Below, in pieces: positions 19,194-28,417 of a stretch of 64,000 nt of DNA. Made by a program: the position numbers and the translations under genes. This stretch comes from Cyanophora paradoxa CCMP329. Taxonomy: Eukaryota; Plantae; Glaucophyta. Under the pieces are notes generated by a model, which was given only the letters and a program-made list of their open reading frames with translations, did not search any database and had not been told where the DNA came from. The DNA is taken from contig QPMI01000127.1 of NCBI GenBank assembly GCA_004431415.1, forward strand, positions 242,415-306,414, given 5' to 3'. Position 1 is the stretch's first letter, and the number at the start of each line of letters is the position of its first letter.

Positions 19194-19895
19194 TTATTTG
19201 TCATTACAACACCCCACCCGCATGCAACAGAACGCTAACTCCGTCCGGGATTCGGGCCTCGGAACTCTCCTCCGCTTCGCGACCTCCGAGTAGGGGCGCC
19301 GAGGCACCACAGCCTCCTCCTCTCCGTGTGCCCTGAGCGCCTCCTGCAGCCCGTCCTCCAGCCTCGCCAAGGCCAGCGGCCCCTCGTCGGGCGTCGCCTG
19401 TCGCATCTCCCTGATGGCCTCCTCGACGGTCCAGAGGGTGTAACGCTGGTGTGCCGCCTGCAGTTCCTCCGCCGCGACCAGCTGCCTCTTGAGCCCCCGG
19501 GGCGACTCTATATCCGTCCGCGGGCACCGGCTGAGGAACGCCGACTTTTCCCCTGCCGTCATCGGGGGCCGCCCCTGTGCCTCCAGGGCTTCCATTCGGC
19601 GATTAAGGGACTCCGCCGCGTCGCCCCCGGTGCCGATGGTCACGAAGAACCCCCGCTTTGCCGCGTCCAGCCGGATGTCCGCGAGAAGCCGCTGGTTGTG
19701 GAGCCGCTGCGCCCCCGCTTGGGCCCGTGCGACCAGGTAGTCCCGCTCCTGATCGAGAAGCATCATCCAGCGCTCGCCTCGCGCCGGGTCTAGTATAGCC
19801 TTTGTGTTCTGGTTCAAGGTTGCGACGAAGTCCGCCGGGAGCTCCTCGAGTGGTGGGATGCGCTTCGGTTGCGCGACGGAGTCGTGGGGGGACAT
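19194..19895 (-). CDS. Hypothetical helical protein
   Basis: ORF 19194-19973, probable ATG 19895. Confidence 0.6.
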   Translation of the reverse strand: MSPHDSVAQPKRIPPLEELPADFVATLNQNTKAILDPARGERWMMLLDQERDYLVARAQAGAQRLHNQRLLADIRLDAAKRGFFVTIGTGGDAAESLNRRMEALEAQGRPPMTAGEKSAFLSRCPRTDIESPRGLKRQLVAAEELQAAHQRYTLWTVEEAIREMRQATPDEGPLALARLEDGLQEALRAHGEEEAVVPRRPYSEVAKRRRVPRPESRTELAFCCMRVGCCNDK

Positions 19896-20111
19896 GACGG
19901 GATGCCGAAAAAGTGGGCGGAATGTAGAGGCGGCCGGGGCGAGGGGAAAGGTACGCACATGTTTGCGAATCACCCCCCCTCACCCATCCGGGTGTGATTC
20001 GGAATTCAATTTCCATCAGGCCCCTCAACCACCCCTGCCCCCTGCCCCCGGGGTGATTCGACATCCTTGCCTACACCGAAATCGGCCCGTCTTCTCTCAG
20101 AACGATCCCGA

Positions 20112-20531
20112 ATGGCCCGCTGCGACGAGCCCCTGTCCGCGAGCTTCGCCAGGTGCAGCCTCGAGTCGCCAACCCGACCGCCCTTCCGGTATCGGTTCGT
20201 CGAAGTCGACCCCGACGAGGACGCGGTCGACCCGACCGTCGCGCACTCCACGCCGGTGCTCAAGTACACCAGGTACGAGGGGGAAATCAAGAAGGAGCCC
20301 CTGTCGCTCATCGATCACTACAACGGCGCCACGCTTCTCTCCAGTCTCTCCCCCGAGCACCGGGTCGGGTCGACCTACCAGAAGGTCACGTTCCACGACA
20401 ATGTGCTCGAGCTGTTCGACGGCGGCAAGTCTGTAGGCAAGTTCCGAGTAGACAGGAGCTGCATCCAGCGGATCCTCTGCAACATGCGCTTCTATATAAC
20501 GGGATTCAGCTGCACCCCCCTCTCCGATTAG
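20112..20531 (+). CDS. Hypothetical protein
   Basis: ATG 20112, globular composition, GC3 bias. Confidence 0.65.
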   Translation: MARCDEPLSASFARCSLESPTRPPFRYRFVEVDPDEDAVDPTVAHSTPVLKYTRYEGEIKKEPLSLIDHYNGATLLSSLSPEHRVGSTYQKVTFHDNVLELFDGGKSVGKFRVDRSCIQRILCNMRFYITGFSCTPLSD

Positions 20532-20616
20532 CTAGCGACCTTCAAGAATACAATTGTGCAATTCACTGCCACGGGTCGCGGGGGTAAAGAAATCCGTGCA
20601 ATCAGGAACAGCATTC

Positions 20617-21027
20617 ATGGGGCGTGGTGGCCGGCACCCCGCCTCCTTTATGGTCCTCTCCAACTCGGCCCTGCTCCTCGCAGCCGGCGAGGCAGCGCGC
20701 CGGGGCTGGCGCCCCCACGCGACCGTCTACGGGCTCTCGGCGCTCGCAAGCACATGGTACCACCTCGACGGCGAGCGCGGCCCCTCCGCCCCCCTTGATC
20801 GCGCCCTCGCCCTGCTCGTACTCGCATGCAACGTGCACGCACTCGCGTCCTCCTGCCGCGCGGGGTGCATCCGATCGCCGTACGCGATGGGCGCACTGGC
20901 CCTCGCCGCCGTGAGCGGGCTCGTGTACTCGGCGGCCTGCAGCGATCGCGAGGCATACGAGCGCGCCCACCCCTGGTGGCATCTCGCTGCGGGCATCGGG
21001 ACGTGGCTCGTGTTCCGGGGCATGTAG
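20617..21027 (+). CDS. CREST-superfamily (hemolysin-III/ceramidase-like) small membrane protein
   Basis: SxxxH (STWYH), D (LDRALA) and HxxWH (HPWWH) motifs between TM helices. Confidence 0.7.
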   Translation: MGRGGRHPASFMVLSNSALLLAAGEAARRGWRPHATVYGLSALASTWYHLDGERGPSAPLDRALALLVLACNVHALASSCRAGCIRSPYAMGALALAAVSGLVYSAACSDREAYERAHPWWHLAAGIGTWLVFRGM

Positions 21028-21029
21028 GG

Positions 21030-21584
21030 TCACGCAGAACCGGGGGGGGGCACGATCGTCAGGACCATCTCGAATCCGACGGCGTACACGAAGTTCTCGT
21101 TGCCGTTCGAATCCTTGTCGAGGGGCTCGGGGTGCAGGTTCTCGTGGGACGGGTGGAGGAGTGGCGACTTGAACGTGGCCGTGGCGTCGTCGTACGTCTC
21201 CAGGGAGATCGTGACGGTTTTCAACGTGCCGGTGTTCAGGAGGCCGATGAACCCCGCCGGGAATGTGTTCCTCACCACCGTCCTGTTGGTCTGGAAGTCG
21301 CCCAGCGAGACCACGAACTTGTTCCGCATCGAGCGGAGGGGGCTGGCCGCGGTCGTCGACACGACGTCGATGCCGCAGATGACGCTCCCAAGGCTGTACC
21401 GGGTGCCCTGGATCATGAGCTCGGCGAGGTACACCGAGCTCCCTTTCGGCAGAGCCACGCCGGGCCCGTCGAGGGTGCAGTCGAAGAAGGTCGGCAGGGG
21501 CTCGCTCGAGGGGTGGGTGGCGGGCACGTGCCCCCGCAGGTGCAGCGTAAACGGCACGGTGCACGGCGAGCCGCTGGATGACAT
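21030..21584 (-). CDS. Putative single-jelly-roll penton/minor capsid protein
   Basis: 184 aa, beta-rich; C-terminal TLKTVTISLETYD...GFEMVLTI pattern resembles penton proteins; weak. Confidence 0.45.
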   Translation of the reverse strand: MSSSGSPCTVPFTLHLRGHVPATHPSSEPLPTFFDCTLDGPGVALPKGSSVYLAELMIQGTRYSLGSVICGIDVVSTTAASPLRSMRNKFVVSLGDFQTNRTVVRNTFPAGFIGLLNTGTLKTVTISLETYDDATATFKSPLLHPSHENLHPEPLDKDSNGNENFVYAVGFEMVLTIVPPPGSA

Positions 21585-21621
21585 CCCGGGTATTCACTAA
21601 CACCTGCACACAAAATCGGAT

Positions 21622-22230
21622 TCACGCCGACGGCGCCATGAGGGACTTGATGCGCGCGAGCTTGTCCTCTGCGCTCCCGGAACGCACGAGGGCGTCGAGG
21701 ATGCGACCGCGGAGCGTGATCGGCTGGGGCTCGCCGGCACCCTCGGAGCGGCGCACGACCACATCCGTCTTCCGGGCCATAAGCGCCCGGGCCGGCTCGA
21801 CCTCGGCGACGGAGACGTCCACGAAGCGGCCCTCGTCCCCGGGCGCCCTCGTCCGAAGCCGCAGACCCACCTCGAGGGGCAGGCCCCGCAGCTCGTCTGC
21901 GATCGCGTCCTCGAGCTCGGGGTCGGCGACGGCGAACGCGCCGTCGTGGAGCACGAGCTGGCAGCGGACGGCCTCCGGGGGCCGCGGGATGTCCACGACC
22001 GCCACCTCGTGGTCGGCCGGGGCGGAGAGAACGGAGCGGACGCGGAGGGGCAGCGAGATGCACCCCTGACCGACCGAGGGGTGGGTGGCCACCGCGAAGG
22101 GCAGCCCCTTGATCTGCACGTAGGGTGCGATCCGCGCCCCCTCGTGGACGGCGACCTCGTTCCGGTGCCTCAGCTCCGGCAGCGGGCTGGCGACCCGCAG
22201 GAAGCGGGTGTGTGCGTGCGCCGCGTCCAT
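21622..22230 (-). CDS. UFD1/CDC48/NSF N-terminal-domain-like protein
   Basis: ATG 22230; ATHPSVGQGCISLPLRVR (cf. NSF THPSVVPGSIAFSLPQR), ..ELRGLPLEVG..VSVAEVEP..TDVVV; no ATPase domain. Confidence 0.6.
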   Translation of the reverse strand: MDAAHAHTRFLRVASPLPELRHRNEVAVHEGARIAPYVQIKGLPFAVATHPSVGQGCISLPLRVRSVLSAPADHEVAVVDIPRPPEAVRCQLVLHDGAFAVADPELEDAIADELRGLPLEVGLRLRTRAPGDEGRFVDVSVAEVEPARALMARKTDVVVRRSEGAGEPQPITLRGRILDALVRSGSAEDKLARIKSLMAPSA

Positions 22231-22250
22231 CGCACGTGGGCGCAGATGAT

Positions 22251-22865
22251 TTAGGCGGGGTGCGAAACGTACCGTAGCGCGCGCGGCGGCACCGGGTCGC
22301 CCCTCGGCGGCACGAAGCGCGGGCACGGCGGGCGGGTCTTCGGGGCGCGCCGGCGGCCGATCTCGCGCCCCCGCGGCCCGAGGTACGCCCACGCCCTGTG
22401 CCCCCGCAGCCGCCCCAGCCGCTCGCGCGCGACAAACCGCCGCGCGGCGGCCTGGAGCGCGCCCGCGGCAAGACCCCTCACGACATCGGAGGCCGGCGTC
22501 TCGAGCACGTCGCGCATCGGAACGGGCGTCCAATGCCCCGACTCGTACCCCGGGCGTGCCTCGTACCCCTCGTGGAGCTCGGGGCTCCAGGGCACCGACA
22601 CCAGCAGCGTGCCCCCGATGAAGAAGGGGACCGGCGCGCTCCCCAGCGCGGCGTACAAAACCGCCCTGCCCCGCGGGTAAAATCGCGTCACGGTCGACCG
22701 CACGTACTCGTCGTACTCGGAGAACGCCCACCGGTGCACCACGATGTCCTTGTGGTCGTTGACGCGCAGCGCGACCGTCACAACCGTCGCCGTCGCCCGC
22801 TCCACCGCATCCCTCCGGCGTCTCAGCGCCCCCTCTAGCCACTCGTATCCCCCCCCTCCCGGCAT
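22251..22865 (-). CDS. Hypothetical protein
   Basis: ~204-aa ORF with GC3 bias and aromatic-rich core. Confidence 0.6.
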   Translation of the reverse strand: MPGGGGYEWLEGALRRRRDAVERATATVVTVALRVNDHKDIVVHRWAFSEYDEYVRSTVTRFYPRGRAVLYAALGSAPVPFFIGGTLLVSVPWSPELHEGYEARPGYESGHWTPVPMRDVLETPASDVVRGLAAGALQAAARRFVARERLGRLRGHRAWAYLGPRGREIGRRRAPKTRPPCPRFVPPRGDPVPPRALRYVSHPA

Positions 22866-22910
22866 ATGCACAGGCGCGCCAAACTTAATGGGGTTTCATT
22901 GAACACAGGG

Positions 22911-23312
22911 CTACAGGATCTGTCGGCGCCTCCCGCGCCCCATCGCCTGGACGGCCTGTATGTCGCGCTCGATCCGCTCGCTGATGCTGCCGCAGTGTCG
23001 ATCGAACTGCTGCTGCATCCTCCTCAGCTCCTCCAGAACGAACCTCCTGAAGTCGACGGGCGCGGGGGAGGGCGGAGCAGCAGCCGCAGGGGGCGGGGCG
23101 GCGGCCACCGGGGGCTCCGCCGGCGCGGGCGGCCTCCACGCGGAGTACTGCTCCAGGATTTCCTCCACCTCCTTCGGGCGGATGTACTTGCGGCTGGGGA
23201 GCCCCATCTTGGCCGCACATACCCTGGCGAGGCGCATGCGGCGGTACTCGTTCCGCCGCTTCCGGGCCTTGTCGGTTCCGGTCGCAACGGCGAATGGGGT
23301 TAGCGACTGCAT
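22911..23312 (-). CDS. Hypothetical protein (basic N-terminus, Pro/Ala linker, coiled coil)
   Basis: 133-aa ORF, ATG start. Confidence 0.6.
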   Translation of the reverse strand: MQSLTPFAVATGTDKARKRRNEYRRMRLARVCAAKMGLPSRKYIRPKEVEEILEQYSAWRPPAPAEPPVAAAPPPAAAAPPSPAPVDFRRFVLEELRRMQQQFDRHCGSISERIERDIQAVQAMGRGRRRQIL

Positions 23313-23392
23313 TGGTCAAAGGTTTGGTGTGGCGTGCCCGCCGGCTGCCCGCGGTAGTCGTTGCCACGCTAACCGCCCACTGCCCAACATCC

Positions 23393-23597
23393 GGGGTGAT
23401 TTGTTGAGAATCACATATTCGACTCACGTGTCTGTAATCACCCCACCCATGCCACTGAGGTGATTCGAACCAATGCCACACCGATTGAGACACGTGGCTG
23501 CAATCGCCCCACCCACGGTGCGGGGGTGATTCCCGCACGAGACACGTGACTGCAATCACCCCCGTCCCACGGGGCGGGGGTGATTCCCGCAATCACC
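23393..23597. promoter_or_regulatory. Three tandem units of CACGTG + AATCACCCC-N11-14-GGGGTGATT palindrome between divergent genes
   Basis: Units start ~23423, 23487, 23539; same palindrome near 1398, 19966, 20027; half-sites 33698, 37945. Confidence 0.65.
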
Positions 23598-23658
23598 AGA
23601 TACTTTGAGGCGCAGAAGCCGGCACTGCTCTATCACGGCGCATTCTTCGACGCAAGCC

Positions 23659-24171
23659 ATGTCCGGCGCCCATCACGGCCGTTTCGGGGTGCACCCTTCG
23701 GCGCAAGCCGAGGCCGCAGACGGTGCCCCGGCATGCAACGACCCCGCCGCCCCCCAGAAGAGAAAGGAGTGGCCCCGGGACCTCCTCGAAGACCTCGTCA
23801 AGGGGACACTGCTGCACTTCAGCCCCTGGGAGTACAAGGCGGCGATCTTGTCGCCCGCCCCCCCAAAGGTGGGCGATAGGGTCTTCGTGTTTGGTCGCTG
23901 CTTCTCGGAGCGCCTTCAAGAATTCTGGCTGCACACCAAGTACGGCTCGAGTGGAGTGATCAAGGAGGTCAGGGGGTGTGGCATCGCCGGCGAGGACTAC
24001 CTCGTGGACTTCGAGTCGCGGGTGCCCTCGGAGACTGTCGACGTGCGCTGGATCCACGGCGAGTGCGTGGTCGCGTTCACGTTGCTCGACGAGATCCCCG
24101 AGGCGGTGCCAGAGGGATGCACTCTCGTTCGGAGGGTCTTGTGTCCCAAAGCTGTGTACGTCCTCATGTAG
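23659..24171 (+). CDS. Hypothetical protein
   Basis: ATG 23659, 170 aa, globular composition. Confidence 0.6.
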   Translation: MSGAHHGRFGVHPSAQAEAADGAPACNDPAAPQKRKEWPRDLLEDLVKGTLLHFSPWEYKAAILSPAPPKVGDRVFVFGRCFSERLQEFWLHTKYGSSGVIKEVRGCGIAGEDYLVDFESRVPSETVDVRWIHGECVVAFTLLDEIPEAVPEGCTLVRRVLCPKAVYVLM

Positions 24172-24179
24172 ATGGTCGG

Positions 24180-24632
24180 ATGTACGCAATGCAAAGCGCT
24201 TGACATGCATACGACGGCAGCCACGGGAAGGGTCGGAGGCCTCGCATTGGCGACCCGCTCCCCCCGGACTGGCCGGGCGATATCTACTGGCACTGCCTGA
24301 AGATCTGCGGCGCCCTGGCCCCGCGCGTGCCCCGGAAGCGGCGGGCGATCATCGAGCGCGGGCTGATGCGCAAGTTTGCGAGCGACCTTGCGGACCTGTA
24401 CGACCACGAGTGGGAGCCGCCGGAGTGGGAGCGGACGCAGGCGCTCGTCGAGTTCAACCTGGAGCGCTTCTACCGCGAGGAGCTCCCCGTGCTCGAGGCC
24501 CGCTTCCTCCAGCCCGAGTGCCGCAACGACGTCCTCTTCCCCGACGACCTGTACCTCGAGGGCTCGTTCACGATCATAGGGGAGAGGGCCTCCGGGAAAT
24601 TCGTGTTCGATTCGAGAGTGTTCGAGGGTTGA
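24180..24632 (+). CDS. Hypothetical protein, 5' end uncertain, apparent frameshift ~24310
   Basis: YLLALPEDLRR continues into PRKRRAIIERGLMRKF only with a frame change. Confidence 0.45.
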
Positions 24633-24670
24633 CTGTGAAATGAAAGACACGATCCACCGCGCGCGGGAGC

Positions 24671-25015
24671 TCAGGGGGCTGGGTCGGGCACACGCCGCAG
24701 CTGCGTTGACGTGAGGCCGCGCAGCCACCCCGCGCCGCCGAGGGCGGCGACGAGGGCGTCGAAGTCGTCGCGCCGCCGAAGGAAGACGACATCGCCCCCG
24801 GGCGACACGAGGGCGAGGCTGGCCACGTGCGCCACGAAGCCGCCGCGGGAGCGTGGGCGGCGCACCCCCCCGCGGCGGAACCGGTGGGCGTGGACGTGGC
24901 GCGGGTCCTCGGCGGGGCGGCGCACCCTCAGCCCCGGCCAGTGCCGCTCGTCCTCCTCTTGGAACTCGACGCGCCCGCCTTCGAAGAGCCCCTTGCGCCG
25001 CAGCACGCACTCCAT
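24671..25015 (-). CDS. Hypothetical protein
   Basis: ATG 25015, 114 aa. Confidence 0.5.
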   Translation of the reverse strand: MECVLRRKGLFEGGRVEFQEEDERHWPGLRVRRPAEDPRHVHAHRFRRGGVRRPRSRGGFVAHVASLALVSPGGDVVFLRRRDDFDALVAALGGAGWLRGLTSTQLRRVPDPAP

Positions 25016-25097
25016 CCCCTCCTTTCCGCCCGATCTATTTCTGTGGCGCTCTGCCGAGCGCGCCCGAGCCGCCGCTTGCTTCTTTTCCTTTGAATGT

Positions 25098-26096
25098 ATG
25101 CAGTCGATGGATCCGCGCCAGATAATAGAAAACTTCCGCCGAGAGCACCGGGATGCCATAGACGTGTACGAGGCGACTGTGCCTCCACGCGTGCGACTGC
25201 CGAGGGGCGAGGCGGAGTCCCGCCTTGGAAGCGCGATACTCTCGCTCCCGCCGGAGGCCCTGGCCTATCTAGACGCTGAAGAGAGGCGTATTTTCATTCG
25301 GGAGCGGGGGCTGTACGAGTGGTGGGCGCAGGGCCCGGAATACGACCCTGACGGCGCTGTCCCAGTGAGGATAGTAAATGGGGTATATAGAGATTGGACT
25401 CGCAGATTCCAGGGCCTGAGCTCCCTATTACCAGGGGACCGAGCGCAGGCCTTCAGAGAAGCAGCGGAGGACGAGAGACGTCGCAGGCTGATGTGGCCGC
25501 CGGCCGCCCCTGACGCGGGGTCCAGGTCGGCCAGGGTGCGGGATGAGCTCCGGCGCATGTGGGGTTATATGAACAGCGACCAGCCCCCCCGAGACCCCCA
25601 CAGCACCTTTCCTCTCCCGCCGCCTCCACCGCCCCCAGCCGGCTATGTCCACACCCTTCCGCTCCCCCCCGGCTACCAGGACGCCGGCGAGGATCCGGAC
25701 CTTGCCCAAGGCATCACTGCGAGCATAAACGAATACCAGCCCCCTCCGGCAGCCCTGCCCCGGGAACGGCTGGTGCACGGTTTTCGGGGGGCTTTTGAGC
25801 TTCCCCCGACCACCTCGGCGCGCCCGAGGAACGTTTCGGTGGGCGATGTCGCCGAGTGCCTCGCCTGCAGTGAAAACTTCGTTAGAGGCTTTGTCCCCCC
25901 GGGCCACCCGGCCATGATATGTCGCGGCGACCCCTCGACCCCTTCTCTCCGAACCTTCCACGAACTGGACATGTGTTACAGCTGCCAGATACGCCTGTAC
26001 GAGAGCGGGGGAAAGTGCTCGCTCTGCCGGGCGGAGTTCTACTCTCGTCGCTTCCGCCGGCGGTCGAGGGTGCGCTCGCAGCGGAGGCGGCAGTGA
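25098..26096 (+). CDS. RING-finger-like protein with poly-Pro and Arg tail (paralogue of 7751-8248)
   Basis: CLAC..C..H..CYSC..CSLC; UIM-like EDPDLAQGITASINE; ends FYSRRFRRRSRVRSQRRRQ. Confidence 0.72.
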   Translation: MQSMDPRQIIENFRREHRDAIDVYEATVPPRVRLPRGEAESRLGSAILSLPPEALAYLDAEERRIFIRERGLYEWWAQGPEYDPDGAVPVRIVNGVYRDWTRRFQGLSSLLPGDRAQAFREAAEDERRRRLMWPPAAPDAGSRSARVRDELRRMWGYMNSDQPPRDPHSTFPLPPPPPPPAGYVHTLPLPPGYQDAGEDPDLAQGITASINEYQPPPAALPRERLVHGFRGAFELPPTTSARPRNVSVGDVAECLACSENFVRGFVPPGHPAMICRGDPSTPSLRTFHELDMCYSCQIRLYESGGKCSLCRAEFYSRRFRRRSRVRSQRRRQ

Positions 26097-26133
26097 GCAC
26101 GCCGCGATTTTTTTCACCCGTCGCTTTCAACAG

Positions 26134-27123
26134 ATGAAGAGGCTTTTCAGTTGGCTGTACCCAGAAGCGCCGGCCCCAGACGCCCCGCCCCTCCGGCAAC
26201 CGCGCGCAGACACGCTGAGGGCGATTCCTGGCAACCGCATCAAGGCAATACAGGATCTGCCCCACATGCAGCGTCTCGCCAGGATGGTCATGATGGGGGA
26301 GAAATTCGAAAGACCGGTGGCAGTTACAGGGGGGAGCTCCGAGACGAATCCCACGGGGCCGATGCGCAGCCGCCCAAGAAGGCCGGGCTGGGCGAATGAC
26401 ACGGAAAGGTATCTCGAATACAAGTGGGAAGTGGAGAGGTACTTATTCGACATAATCGGCGATGTACCCCCAGGGTTACGCATCAACCGACTCCGGCAAA
26501 TGAGGAAGGCATTTCTGGGCGAGCTGATAAGCACGGAGCAGCTTATCAACAACAGAGAGGAGGCGCCCTTGGATGGAATGGAAGACATCTACAAGCAAGT
26601 CAGATCGGAGATCATTAACAGGCAATCCAAGCTAGTCGACGATGAAGCGAAAATGATGCGAATAGCGCTACTGCAGATGGAAGCGTCTGTATCACGTTCC
26701 CCACGGACCATACGTGAAAAGGCAGCGGTGGACCTGAAGAAGTTCTACCGAATGGTTGACATCGCCTTTTCTTTCAAGGCGAAGGGCGGAGACCCGCCGT
26801 CGTACAACTTTCGCAAACTATATTACTACAATGCATCAGGTGACCAAATTTTGAAAGCTTTTAGAGGAACAGGCGAAGAACAGCGATGGTTCGATGAATA
26901 TACATCACAATTGCTCGCGGATGAAAAATTTCCAAAGCGAGCACGCGATCGAAAGATGTGGAACCCTCGATTCAGGGGGTTTGTAAGGAAGCAAGCCATG
27001 GCTGCAATACCATACGATGCCACGAATTGGCCGCTCGGCCCATATCCCGAAGAGCCCCCCTCCCTGTACGAGGCGGCAGAGTACATGCGACCGGCCCGCC
27101 ACACTTTTTTTGGACACAGTTAG
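26134..27123 (+). CDS. Hypothetical protein, lower GC than neighbours
   Basis: 329-aa ORF open in relatively AT-rich DNA. Confidence 0.78.
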   Translation: MKRLFSWLYPEAPAPDAPPLRQPRADTLRAIPGNRIKAIQDLPHMQRLARMVMMGEKFERPVAVTGGSSETNPTGPMRSRPRRPGWANDTERYLEYKWEVERYLFDIIGDVPPGLRINRLRQMRKAFLGELISTEQLINNREEAPLDGMEDIYKQVRSEIINRQSKLVDDEAKMMRIALLQMEASVSRSPRTIREKAAVDLKKFYRMVDIAFSFKAKGGDPPSYNFRKLYYYNASGDQILKAFRGTGEEQRWFDEYTSQLLADEKFPKRARDRKMWNPRFRGFVRKQAMAAIPYDATNWPLGPYPEEPPSLYEAAEYMRPARHTFFGHS

Positions 27124-27134
27124 GTACGGGAGCC

Positions 27135-28401
27135 ATGTCGAACGCGGCGAGCCTGCAGCTCAAGCTGAGGGGGGAGGCGGACAAGCACCTCTCGTTCAAC
27201 CCCGAGATCACGTTCTGGACGGGCGGCACCAAGCGCCACAGCGCCTTCGTCTCGCAGCCCGTCCGCGTCTCCTTCCCCATGGGCGCCGCGTACGGCGGCA
27301 CGGCCTGGACGACCGTCCCGCGCCAGTGCGACCTCCTCCACCGCGTGTACCTCGTCCTCGAGGTCGGCCCCCTCGTGCAGACCCCCTCGGACGGCGTGAA
27401 CTACTGGCACTGGACGAACAAGCTGGGGCTCGCGATGTGGGAGAAGGTCGTGATCTCCATCGGCGGCGCGGTCGTGCAGGAGATCCGCCCCGAGCACATC
27501 GACCTCCAGTCGGCGCTCTCCGTCGACGAGATCAACAAGCCGCTCGCGCCCCTCATCGGCGACTGGGACTGGACGCCCGGCTACCTCCGCCGCGTCTCCA
27601 ACGAGACGCAGAGGTTCATCGTCCCGCTCCCCACGTGGACGCGCCTGCCGCAGACGGCGCACCCCGTGATGGGCAGCCCCGACATCAAGGTCGCCGTCAC
27701 CTTCCGCCCCCTCAAGCACCTCGTCATGCTGCAGACGGACGACGCCCTGGAGCCCATCCCCGCCCTCGACCGCGTCCTCAGCGGCCAGATCACCGACGCC
27801 TACCTCCTCTGCAACTTCATCTACCTCGACGAGCCCGAGAAGACCCAGGTCAACCGCCCCTTCGAGCGCCTCGTCGAGACCTGGCAGACCCAGGAGTTCC
27901 GCGTCCCCAAGGGCTCCGAGACCTTCGCGGCCGAGATCAGGCTCACGGGCCCTGCAAGGAGCTCCTCTTCGTCTTCCGCGAGTTCGAGCGCGCCACCAAC
28001 GGCCGCCTCTTCGACTACGAGCACGACGACCCACGCCGGACAACAACGCCGACCCCGCCACCCTCTACAACGCCATCCCCGAGCGGTTCAAGACGCTCTC
28101 GCTGACCCTCCGCGGCAACGAGCGCGTCCCGCCGCTGCCGCCCACCTACTACAAGGTGGTGACCCCCCGCGAGGTCCACGGCCGCGTCCCCGACCGCGAC
28201 ATCTTCTGCCTGCCCTTCTGCCTCGACGCCGACACGCACCGCCCCACCGGCTCGCTCAACCTCGGCACAGTCGACCAGATCCTCATGAACTTCACCTTCG
28301 CGTCGCCCGGCACCGACGCCGACCTCGACCTCCTCGTCTACGCCGTCGGCTTCAACGTCATGCGGCAGAACGCGAGCGGCACCCGCCTCCTGTACCAGTA
28401 G
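27135..28401 (+). CDS. mcp: NCLDV double-jelly-roll major capsid protein (divergent), two apparent 1-nt deletions (~27950, ~28030), ~422 aa restored
   Basis: LQLKLRGEADKHLSFNPEITFW..KRHSAF..RQCDLLHRVYL..ISIGG; GPCKELLFVFR; PTGSLNLGTVD..VYAVGFNVMR correspond to NCLDV MCP N- and C-terminal motifs. Confidence 0.92.
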
Positions 28402-28417
28402 TGTTTTGCGTGGCTAA

